Assembly: GCA_035455965.1 (NCBI GenBank)
Contig: DATIED010000267.1
Span: 1 to 26,133 of the forward strand
DNA: 26,133 nt
Reading direction: 5' to 3'
From: Spongiibacteraceae bacterium
Lineage (GTDB): Bacteria; Pseudomonadota; Gammaproteobacteria; Pseudomonadales; CAMLJR01
In this document: piece by piece, positions 15,351 through 23,097 of the stretch
Position numbering within the stretch: the first letter of the stretch is position 1
How the letters are laid out: each line of letters opens with the position of its first letter
Notes under the pieces: model-generated
The model's input: only the letters and a program-made list of their open reading frames with translations
The model's database searches: none
Told to the model about the DNA's origin: nothing
Program-made: the position numbers and the translations under genes

Positions 15351-17825
15351 ATGAAGTCATCAAGCCGCTATTTCGCGTTAAATCCTATCGCTCTCGCCAT
15401 CCTGACTCTGACGGCCAGCATGAACAGCGAAGCTGCCGAGGATAACCGCTCAACCTCGGTCGATGAAGTGATCGTCACCGCGCAAAAACACGAAGAATCG
15501 CTGCAACAAACGCCGATCGCAATCTCGGCGTTCTCCACCGTCGCTCTTGAGGAGCGCGGTATCGTTCAGACGCAAGATGTGGCGTTATTTACGCCCAACA
15601 TGACTGCGGCGGTACAACCCGCCTCGTCCGGCACGGCGAGTTATGCGATACGCGGCATTGCGCAAACCGAGCCGGTGATGACGGTCGACCCCGCGGTCGG
15701 TGTGTACATGAACGGTGTCTATATGGCGCGCAATAATGGTCTGGCCTTCGACGTGGTCGATGTCGAGCGCATCGAAGTACTGCGCGGACCACAAGGCACG
15801 TTGTATGGCCGCAACAGCATGAGCGGCGCCGTCAATATCGTCACCGCGCAGCCGAAGGGAACCTTCGCCTTCAAACAGCAATTGACCACCGGCAGCCGCG
15901 ATTTGTTTAAATCGCGCACCACTATCGACACCCCCGAAGTCGCGGGTATCAGCAGCAAAATTTCATATCTGTATACCAAACAAAACGGCTACGTAAACAA
16001 CGTTACGACCAACTCGCAGACCGGCGACCATGAAGATTTCGGCGCGAAAAAGGATCAAGGATTTAATCTGGCATTAAAATGGCAAGCCAGCGACGCGGTC
16101 ACTTTCGATTACAACTATGATCAGACTCGCAATCGCGACATGCCCGCCGCCTTCCAACTGACCAAGGTCACACCCGGTTTTGTACTCGGCAGCAATGCCA
16201 ATCGGGCAGGCGGTGCTTATCCGCTCGGCGTCAACAGCAACAACGGCGGTTTTGGCGATACGGTATTGCTCGGCACCTACGCATCGTTCGGCAATACACC
16301 GGCAGCCGGTCAGTGTTCGCTCGACCCCGGTTGCGTGAGCTTTGCGAATACACCCAATGCAGCATTCGGCGGCGCGACTGCGGCGCAAGCGTTACTCGGT
16401 CCGCTCGATGCGGCGTATGCCAATGGCGCGGCTAACGTCAAAGCGAATGTCCGAGTTAACTCGTTGTCGCTGCCGTATCAAGGCATCGAGTCTCTCGATA
16501 TTAAAGGTCACAGCCTGACGTCGACCTGGGACATCGACGAAGAATTACAAGTGAAGTCGATCACCGCGTATCGCAAACTGACCGACCAGCAATACACGGA
16601 TTTATCCGGCGGCGGCTCTGTCGACCTGACAGCAGTTGGCGGCGGCATTGTTTCCTTATTTGCGAACAACGGCCTGGATCAGTCGCAGAATCAATTTTCG
16701 CAGGAGTTGCAGATCGTCGGTGTGCAGGATCATATGGACTGGGTCGCCGGCGTCTATTTCTTTCGCGAACATGTAGAGTCGAGCACCGGTCAAACGGTTG
16801 CGCCTACCTACGGCGCTTTCGATTCCAGCAGTTATGAAGCGACCAACTACGCCAAGGCAATCTACGGACAAGCCACTTACACGCCCGCTTCGATAGATGC
16901 GTTGCATTTGACTCTGGGCTTGCGTAGCACCAGCGATAAACGCGAACTCTCGCTCGACGATTCGAGCGGCGCCACCGGCGACTTTTCGCACAGCTATCAC
17001 AATGCCAGCGGCGGTGCGACAGTCGCTTACGACCTCACGCCCGATATGAATACGTACGCAAAATACAGCCGCGGTTATACCTCGGGCGGATTCAACGCAC
17101 GCACTTCGGTGGCCAATCAGAAGCCGTTTAATCCCGAGTTTGTGAACGCCTACGAAGTCGGTTACAAGGCGCAACTGTTCGATCATCGCATGACCTTCAA
17201 CGCCGCTGGTTTCATCAACAAATTCACCGCGCTGCAACTCAGCCAATTCGTGCCGTCGAGCGCCGGTGCGGAAACCGTGGTCAGCAATGTCGGTAAAGCG
17301 ACGATGCAGGGCGTCGAAATCGAAATCACCGCCATTCCGGTCGAAGGTTTAACGCTCGATCTGAATTACGGCCTGATCGACATGCGTTACGATCAATATT
17401 TGTTTTCATCGCCAGCCACTAACTTCCAACCGGTCGATGTCAGCAATGCAGCGCACTTCCCCACCGCATCGAAGCAGAGCATCAGTCTGGGCATGCAGTA
17501 CGACTTCCTACCCTTCTCCTGGGGTAGCTTATCGGCCCGCCTCGACACGGTTTACAACTCCGGTTACAAACACGACACGCTCGATACCAGCTTCGACAAA
17601 TACACTGAATCGGGTGCATTCACACTGGTCAACGGCCGCTTATCGCTGTCGCAGATCGCCGTCGGCAGCGGTAACCTCGAGTTCTCAGCGTGGGGGAAAA
17701 ATCTGTTTGATAAAGAATACCGAACCTACGGTATCGGCTCGTTTGGCGCTCCGCTCGGTTTTGCCGGTGCGGTGTACAACGAACCGCGCAGCTTCGGCTT
17801 AGACGCAACTTACCGCTACGAATGA
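15351..17825 (+). CDS. TonB-dependent outer-membrane receptor, 824 aa
   Basis: SD GAGGAG and ATG 15351, signal peptide, TonB box DEVIVTAQK, plug motif DVERIEVLRGPQGTLYGRNSMSGAVNIVT, C-terminal WGKNLFDKEY...EPRSFGLDATYRY. Confidence 0.95.
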   Translation: MKSSSRYFALNPIALAILTLTASMNSEAAEDNRSTSVDEVIVTAQKHEESLQQTPIAISAFSTVALEERGIVQTQDVALFTPNMTAAVQPASSGTASYAIRGIAQTEPVMTVDPAVGVYMNGVYMARNNGLAFDVVDVERIEVLRGPQGTLYGRNSMSGAVNIVTAQPKGTFAFKQQLTTGSRDLFKSRTTIDTPEVAGISSKISYLYTKQNGYVNNVTTNSQTGDHEDFGAKKDQGFNLALKWQASDAVTFDYNYDQTRNRDMPAAFQLTKVTPGFVLGSNANRAGGAYPLGVNSNNGGFGDTVLLGTYASFGNTPAAGQCSLDPGCVSFANTPNAAFGGATAAQALLGPLDAAYANGAANVKANVRVNSLSLPYQGIESLDIKGHSLTSTWDIDEELQVKSITAYRKLTDQQYTDLSGGGSVDLTAVGGGIVSLFANNGLDQSQNQFSQELQIVGVQDHMDWVAGVYFFREHVESSTGQTVAPTYGAFDSSSYEATNYAKAIYGQATYTPASIDALHLTLGLRSTSDKRELSLDDSSGATGDFSHSYHNASGGATVAYDLTPDMNTYAKYSRGYTSGGFNARTSVANQKPFNPEFVNAYEVGYKAQLFDHRMTFNAAGFINKFTALQLSQFVPSSAGAETVVSNVGKATMQGVEIEITAIPVEGLTLDLNYGLIDMRYDQYLFSSPATNFQPVDVSNAAHFPTASKQSISLGMQYDFLPFSWGSLSARLDTVYNSGYKHDTLDTSFDKYTESGAFTLVNGRLSLSQIAVGSGNLEFSAWGKNLFDKEYRTYGIGSFGAPLGFAGAVYNEPRSFGLDATYRYE

Positions 17826-17845
17826 GTTAATGTCAGATCTCCTTT

Positions 17846-17867
17846 GGCGCCTTCGGGCGCCTTTTTT
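17846..17867 (+). terminator. Intrinsic terminator after the TonB-dependent receptor
   Basis: GGCGCC-TTCG-GGCGCC followed by TTTTTT, 21 nt after the stop. Confidence 0.85.
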
Positions 17868-17981
17868 ATTGCGCCGTCATTAACAAGATTTAAGCCCAGC
17901 CCGACGCTAATACGACTACGCTACGCAGCTGCAACTCATGCGCAGATTCAGTCTTTTAACTGCAATGGCGGGAGCAACTCA

Positions 17982-18272
17982 ATGACGCTTGTCGATATCG
18001 AATGTAAACACGAGGCCGGCCAGTTTAAACCGGTGATCAATCGCAATCGCTGCGAAGGTAAGGAAGATTGCATTACCGCTTGCCCGTACGATGTTTTCAC
18101 AATGGGCACGCTGCCACCCGAACAGCGCGCAGATCTGACACTGATAGGAAAAATCAAAGGCTTTGCGCATAAATGGCAGCAGGCTTTTGCCACCAATGCC
18201 GATGCGTGTCGCGCCTGCGGTTTCTGCGTCAGCGCGTGTCCGGAAAAAGCCATAACGCTGATCCGCGCCTGA
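17982..18272 (+). CDS. Dicluster ferredoxin-like protein (96 aa), one canonical and one degenerate cluster motif
   Basis: SD GGGAG and ATG 17982. Motifs CEGKEDCITACP (CxxKxxCxxxCP) and CRACGFCVSACP (canonical). Confidence 0.88.
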   Translation: MTLVDIECKHEAGQFKPVINRNRCEGKEDCITACPYDVFTMGTLPPEQRADLTLIGKIKGFAHKWQQAFATNADACRACGFCVSACPEKAITLIRA

Positions 18273-18333
18273 CGATTAGTAGGCCCCAGCAAACTAACCC
18301 CGGATAAACCAATACAAAAAAATAAGCGCCCAT

Positions 18334-18363
18334 AAAAAAGCCGCGACTGGTTACAGTCGCGGC
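18334..18363 (-). terminator. Intrinsic terminator after pstS
   Basis: Minus strand GCCGCGACTG-TAAC-CAGTCGCGGC-TTTTTT, a perfect 10-bp stem. Confidence 0.9.
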
Positions 18364-18414
18364 CCGCGCTAACACCTTCCAACACCTTGTTTTAGAAACA
18401 AGATGGTCTAGCGA

Positions 18415-19386
18415 TTACTCGAGCAGTTTCAACGAGCGCTCTACCACCGCTTTCGGCAACGGAATGAAACCGTCTTTAACTACGACTTCTTGACCGGTCT
18501 TGCTGAGCACCATTTTCAGGAACTCTTTTTCGAGCGGTTGCAGCGGCTTGTTCGGTGCCTTGTTTACATAGACGTACAAGTAGCGCGACAGCGGATATTT
18601 ACCCGACAACGCGTTCTCTGGAGTCGCCTCGATGAAATCGGTACCCGACTTGGCCAGCGGTACTGCGCGCACGCTGGCGGTCACATAACCCATACCCGAA
18701 TAACCGATCGCGTTGATCGTGGTCGAGACAGATTGCACCACCGACGCCGAACCAGGCTGCTCGTTCACCGTGCTCTTGAAGTCACCTTTACACAGCGCAT
18801 GCTCTTTGAAGTAACCGTAGGTACCCGACACCGAGTTGCGACCGAACAGTTGCAGATCGCGAGTCGCCCACGCACCGGTCAGACCGGCCTGGCTCCAGTT
18901 GTCGATACTGGCAGCGGCGCCGCAAGTATGGTTGCTGGAGAAAATCGCGTCGACCTGTTGCATGGTCAGGCCTTTGATGGGGTTATCCTTGTTGACGAAT
19001 ACCGCCAGCGCATCGATGGCGACTGGAATTGCAGTGGGTTTGTAACCGAATTTTTTCTCGAAAGCGCCGCTCTCTTCGTCCTTCATCGTACGACTCATCG
19101 GACCGATATTGGACGTACCCTCGGTTAACGCGGGCGGTGCAGTGGACGAGCCCGCTGCTTGAATCTGAATATTCACATTCGGATACAGACCTTTGTAAGC
19201 CTCGGCCCAAAAGGTCATCAGGTTGGCCAGCGTATCCGAGCCGACGCTCGATAAGTTGCCGGCTACGCCGCTGGCTTTGCTGTAAGTCGGTAAAGCGGAA
19301 TCCACTTCGGTAACGGCGTGCACCAGTGCTGCGGAAGTCATGGCCACGGCGAAGGCCGTACCACGCAAAGTCGCTTTGAGTTTCAT
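18415..19386 (-). CDS. pstS: Phosphate ABC transporter substrate-binding protein PstS
   Basis: [66 protein letters not shown] and a cleavable signal peptide. Confidence 0.97.
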   Translation of the reverse strand: MKLKATLRGTAFAVAMTSAALVHAVTEVDSALPTYSKASGVAGNLSSVGSDTLANLMTFWAEAYKGLYPNVNIQIQAAGSSTAPPALTEGTSNIGPMSRTMKDEESGAFEKKFGYKPTAIPVAIDALAVFVNKDNPIKGLTMQQVDAIFSSNHTCGAAASIDNWSQAGLTGAWATRDLQLFGRNSVSGTYGYFKEHALCKGDFKSTVNEQPGSASVVQSVSTTINAIGYSGMGYVTASVRAVPLAKSGTDFIEATPENALSGKYPLSRYLYVYVNKAPNKPLQPLEKEFLKMVLSKTGQEVVVKDGFIPLPKAVVERSLKLLE

Positions 19387-19470
19387 TCGAATCTCCTGTT
19401 GTGTATCCGAGGTTGTATTAATTAAATTCGTATTGCCTGAATTCGTATCGATGACGTTTTTATCGATGTT

Positions 19471-19510
19471 GTTGAAACAGATATCGTTGGAACAGATATT
19501 GTTGAAACAG
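19471..19510. repeat. 15-bp tandem repeat (about 2.7 copies) in the pstS leader
   Basis: GTTGAAACAGATATC / GTTGGAACAGATATT / GTTGAAACAG. Confidence 0.88.
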
Positions 19511-19515
19511 TCGCT

Positions 19516-19549
19516 ACTGTAAAACCGAAATATGACAATTATGTGAACT
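19516..19549 (-). promoter_or_regulatory. Pho box promoter of pstS
   Basis: Minus strand AGTTCAC-ATAA-TTGTCAT-10 bp-TACAGT. Confidence 0.85.
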
Positions 19550-19610
19550 TACGAAAATTGTCATACGAACAACCGACAGAGCGTGTTCGAAACGTAACGA
19601 TAAACAGCGC

Positions 19611-20939
19611 TCAGTGCTGTGCCACCATCGGTTCGCGCACGATTTGGGTGGCGGGAAAGACGCAAGTAAAGGCGCTGCCAACGCCGGCTTGCGAGGTGAT
19701 AACCAGTTGTGCGTGATGGCGGATCAATACATGCTTGACGATCGCCAAACCCAACCCGGTACCGCCGGTGTCCATCGAGCGACTTTTTTCGACGCGGTAG
19801 AAGCGCTCAGTCAGGCGCGGGATATGCTCTGCATCGATGCCGACGCCATTGTCGCGCACCTCCATGCAAGCCTCGCCGTGATCGGCATACCAGCGAATCG
19901 CTATTTTGCCGCCCGTCTCGGTGTAGCGCACTGCGTTGAAAACAATATTGGCGAAAGCGCTGTGCAGCTCATCGCGCTGACCGATCACGGCGATGTCGTC
20001 ATCGCAATCGATGCTGATTTCGCGCGCCTCGCCGACCGAGGCCAGCGCCTCTTCGCGAATGATTTCGAGGATCGGCCGCACTGGCCAAGCCTGCTGATGG
20101 TCGGACTGTGGCAACGTCTCCAGGCGCGACAACAATAACAAATCGTTAATCAGCGTTTGCATGCGTCGCGATTGAACCAACATTTGATCGAGCGCGCGGC
20201 GCCAGCGCGAATTGCCATCGCCGCCCGGACCCATCGCAGCGGAATCCGCAAACGTTTCCAAATAACCGTTGATCACCGTCAACGGCGTGCGCAACTCGTG
20301 CGAAACGTTGGCGACGAAATCCTTTCGCATTTGTTCCAGGCGGTAGGTTTGCGTGACATCGCGCGCGAACAATAACCGGCTGCGCTTGCCGAAAAAAGTG
20401 ATATGAATTTGCAGCTGGACGGTATACTGCGCCGGCGAGGACAATTCCAGCGGCTGGCTGTATTCTTCCGATTCAAAATACTTGATGAAGGCCGGCGCAC
20501 GCACCAGATTGACGATTTGCTGGCCGCTATCCTCCGGATAACGTAAACCCAACAACGTTTGCGCGGCGCTATTGCTCCATTCGATATTATTTTCGGAATC
20601 GATAATCACGGCGCCGTATGGCAATGAAGTAAACGATTCGCGCAGATAACTGATCAGCGCACGCAAGCGCACGCGCTCGCGGCGATATTTCTGCTGCATG
20701 CGGTACAGGCCATCCATCACCTCGCCCCACATGCCGCTCGCCTCGGGCGGCTCGATCGACGAACGATGCGCCAACCACTGCTGCAATTTATGCAATTTAT
20801 AAATCGAGCGGGCGGCAAAGCCGCAGGCGGCGAGCGCCACTCCCCACGGCGTCAGATTCAACAACCAGCCAAGCAACAAGCCGGCGCTCAGCCACAATAA
20901 CAGCCGATAAAATTCCGATTTCCAATTATTCGTCAGCAT
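19611..20939 (-). CDS. phoR: Phosphate regulon sensor histidine kinase PhoR
   Basis: PAS-like region, H-box ANVSHELRTPLTVINGYLE, N-box NIVFNAVRYT, G-boxes DNGVGI and GGTGLGLAIVKH. Follows phoB. Confidence 0.96.
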   Translation of the reverse strand: MLTNNWKSEFYRLLLWLSAGLLLGWLLNLTPWGVALAACGFAARSIYKLHKLQQWLAHRSSIEPPEASGMWGEVMDGLYRMQQKYRRERVRLRALISYLRESFTSLPYGAVIIDSENNIEWSNSAAQTLLGLRYPEDSGQQIVNLVRAPAFIKYFESEEYSQPLELSSPAQYTVQLQIHITFFGKRSRLLFARDVTQTYRLEQMRKDFVANVSHELRTPLTVINGYLETFADSAAMGPGGDGNSRWRRALDQMLVQSRRMQTLINDLLLLSRLETLPQSDHQQAWPVRPILEIIREEALASVGEAREISIDCDDDIAVIGQRDELHSAFANIVFNAVRYTETGGKIAIRWYADHGEACMEVRDNGVGIDAEHIPRLTERFYRVEKSRSMDTGGTGLGLAIVKHVLIRHHAQLVITSQAGVGSAFTCVFPATQIVREPMVAQH

Positions 20940-21077
20940 TAAAAGCCCGGTTTAAACGATGCTGCGCATGGCTTGCTGGTACGCATCTTATTTAATATTC
21001 CGACTCGATGCGTATCGTAAGTTCAGGCCGCGCGATCATCGACGTTGCTGGCAACATCGAACATTCAATTGAAACAC

Positions 21078-21794
21078 TTAGCTGCTTAAAACGTCTGCGC
21101 CGGTGGTGGAGAATCGATAACCCATCCCCCGCACGGTCTGAATGAGACCACCGTAATCGGCGATATTCGTCTGCAGCGCTTTGCGCAAGCGGCGAATATG
21201 CACATCGACGGTGCGCTCTTCGACGTACACATTACCGCCCCATACGTGGTCGAGCAACTGTCCGCGCGAGTAGGCCCGCTCGCGATGGGTCATGAAAAAT
21301 TTGAGCAGCTTGAACTCGGTCGGCCCCATATCCACGGGCTGCTGGCGAATGAATACCCGGTGACTGGCCGGGTCGAGCACCAGGCCTTCGACATCGATGG
21401 CAGTATCGTCCTCCATCTCGCTGCCGCGCCGCAGCACCGCCTTGATACGTGCCATCAGCTCGCGCGGCGCAAAGGGCTTGGTGATGTAATCGTCGGCGCC
21501 GACATCGAGACCCTGGATTTTATTATCCAGCTCGCCCTTGGCGGTCAGCATAATCACCGGCACGCCCTTAGTCAGCTCTTCGCGCTTCAGGCGCCGCAGC
21601 AGCTCGACGCCGCTGGTGCCCGGCAACATCCAATCGAGCAACACCAGATCGGGCTTGTGATCGATAATTTGTGCATGCGCCTCCTGCGCGTTGGCGGCCT
21701 CCATGCATTCAAACTCGGATATCTCCAGCGCCACTCGAATCATTTCGCGGATGGCGGACTCATCGTCGACAATCAGTACACGTTTATTTTCCAT
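21078..21794 (-). CDS. phoB: Phosphate regulon response regulator PhoB
   Basis: Receiver domain ([25 protein letters not shown]) plus winged helix ([32 protein letters not shown]). Confidence 0.97.
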   Translation of the reverse strand: MENKRVLIVDDESAIREMIRVALEISEFECMEAANAQEAHAQIIDHKPDLVLLDWMLPGTSGVELLRRLKREELTKGVPVIMLTAKGELDNKIQGLDVGADDYITKPFAPRELMARIKAVLRRGSEMEDDTAIDVEGLVLDPASHRVFIRQQPVDMGPTEFKLLKFFMTHRERAYSRGQLLDHVWGGNVYVEERTVDVHIRRLRKALQTNIADYGGLIQTVRGMGYRFSTTGADVLSS

Positions 21795-21836
21795 TAGCCT
21801 GCCCATCAATCAATAAAGCATTACAAATTGACGACC

Positions 21837-21870
21837 ATTAAAGACAACTCGTGTGAACTTAATATGACAA
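21837..21870 (-). promoter_or_regulatory. Pho box promoter of phoBR (autoregulation)
   Basis: Minus strand TTGTCAT-ATTA-AGTTCAC-10 bp-TTTAAT. Confidence 0.85.
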
Positions 21871-21899
21871 CGATCCTGACGCCTGCCTGACGATCCACG

Positions 21900-22760
21900 C
21901 TAATCGAATACCACCGTTTTATTGCCATGCACAATTACGCGGTCTTCCAGATGATTGCGCAGCGCCCGCGCCAGCACCGCGACCTCGACATTCTTGCCGA
22001 GACGCACCAAGTCCTCGACCGTTTGCCGGTGATTCACGCGGATTACATCCTGCTCGATGATCGGCCCCTGATCCAATTCGGCGGTCACGTAATGACTGGT
22101 CGCGCCGATCAGTTTCACGCCGCGATCGTAGGCGCGCTGGTAGGGATTGGCGCCGACAAAGGACGGCAAAAAACTGTGGTGGATATTAATGATGCGACCG
22201 GGATGCGAAGCGCACAGCGACGGCGGAATGATCTGCATATAGCGCGCTAATACCACCGTTTCGATATGCAGTTGCTCGATCAGATCGGTGACTTTGGCGA
22301 AGGCCTCGGCCTTCGCATCGGCCTCTTTCGGCACCGGTACATAGTGAAATGGAATCTCGTGCCACTCGACCATGCTGCGCAGATTTTCGTGGTTGGAAAT
22401 GACGCAGGGAATATCGCAGAACAATTCGCCCGAGTGCCAGCGGTGCAGTATGTCCGCCAGGCAGTGCGAGGCGTGACTGGCCAACAGCGCGACGCGCTGG
22501 CGCACGGTTGAGTCGCGCACCGACCAGATCATCTGATACTCATCGGCGATGCGGGAGAACGCCGCGTTGAATTCGCGCAGGCTGATTTTCAGCGAATCGG
22601 CGCGAATCTCATTGCGCATGAAGAACCAGCCACTATCGGGATCCGAGTGATAGTTGGCCTCGGTCAGCCAGCCGCCATACTCGGCCACGAACTGACTGAC
22701 GCGCGCCACGATACCGACGCGATCGGGGCAGGAAATCACTAAGCGGTAGGTATGTTCCAT
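21900..22760 (-). CDS. purU: Formyltetrahydrofolate deformylase
   Basis: N-terminal ACT domain (LVISCPDRVGIVA), VVLARYMQI, IINIHHSFLPSFVGANPY, GATSHYVT..LDQGPIIEQ. Confidence 0.96.
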   Translation of the reverse strand: MEHTYRLVISCPDRVGIVARVSQFVAEYGGWLTEANYHSDPDSGWFFMRNEIRADSLKISLREFNAAFSRIADEYQMIWSVRDSTVRQRVALLASHASHCLADILHRWHSGELFCDIPCVISNHENLRSMVEWHEIPFHYVPVPKEADAKAEAFAKVTDLIEQLHIETVVLARYMQIIPPSLCASHPGRIINIHHSFLPSFVGANPYQRAYDRGVKLIGATSHYVTAELDQGPIIEQDVIRVNHRQTVEDLVRLGKNVEVAVLARALRNHLEDRVIVHGNKTVVFD

Positions 22761-22876
22761 AACCAAATCAATAAGCTAACGAAGGATCGGGCACTATTGC
22801 ACATGGCAGTGACAGGCACAACCAGCCTTTACCAAATCGACGAAAACGCGCAGAAGAAATTGGCAGATGAGCTGGG

Positions 22877-22985
22877 AGCTGAGTTGCCGTAAGGTTTGCA
22901 GCGACCGCAGGCGGCATGGATGCCGCCTACGAGCTGCAAGGATGCACTTGTCGCGTGTCGTCGCAAACCTTACGGCGACTCAGCT
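22877..22985. repeat. 109-bp palindromic element (MITE/REPIN-like or small structured RNA)
   Basis: 23-bp arms (22877-99 and 22963-85; 22/23 complementary) enclose two internal hairpins centred on GCATGGATGC and GCAAGGATGC. Confidence 0.75.
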
Positions 22986-23059
22986 GCGCACGAACCAATT
23001 GCTCCACTACTACGTATTGAACGCAACAGCAGAACATCCCGGCGCTCGTCTGCTTGACG

Positions 23060-23065
23060 TATAAT
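23060..23065 (+). promoter_or_regulatory. Candidate -10 element for the radical SAM gene
   Basis: Perfect TATAAT 32 nt upstream of ATG 23098. No good -35 at 16-18 bp spacing. Confidence 0.4.
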
Positions 23066-23097
23066 GCCCGCCTTAATTTCGAGCGCCGCCATTCGCT

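Noticed and set aside
21039-21060. Small dyad TCGACGTTGC-TG-GCAACATCGA between phoB and phoR
   Set aside because: It is short and imperfect with no U-tract, so no function can be assigned.
23054-23065. TTGACG directly abutting TATAAT
   Set aside because: There is zero spacer, so it cannot be a -35/-10 pair. Only the -10 is retained as a candidate.
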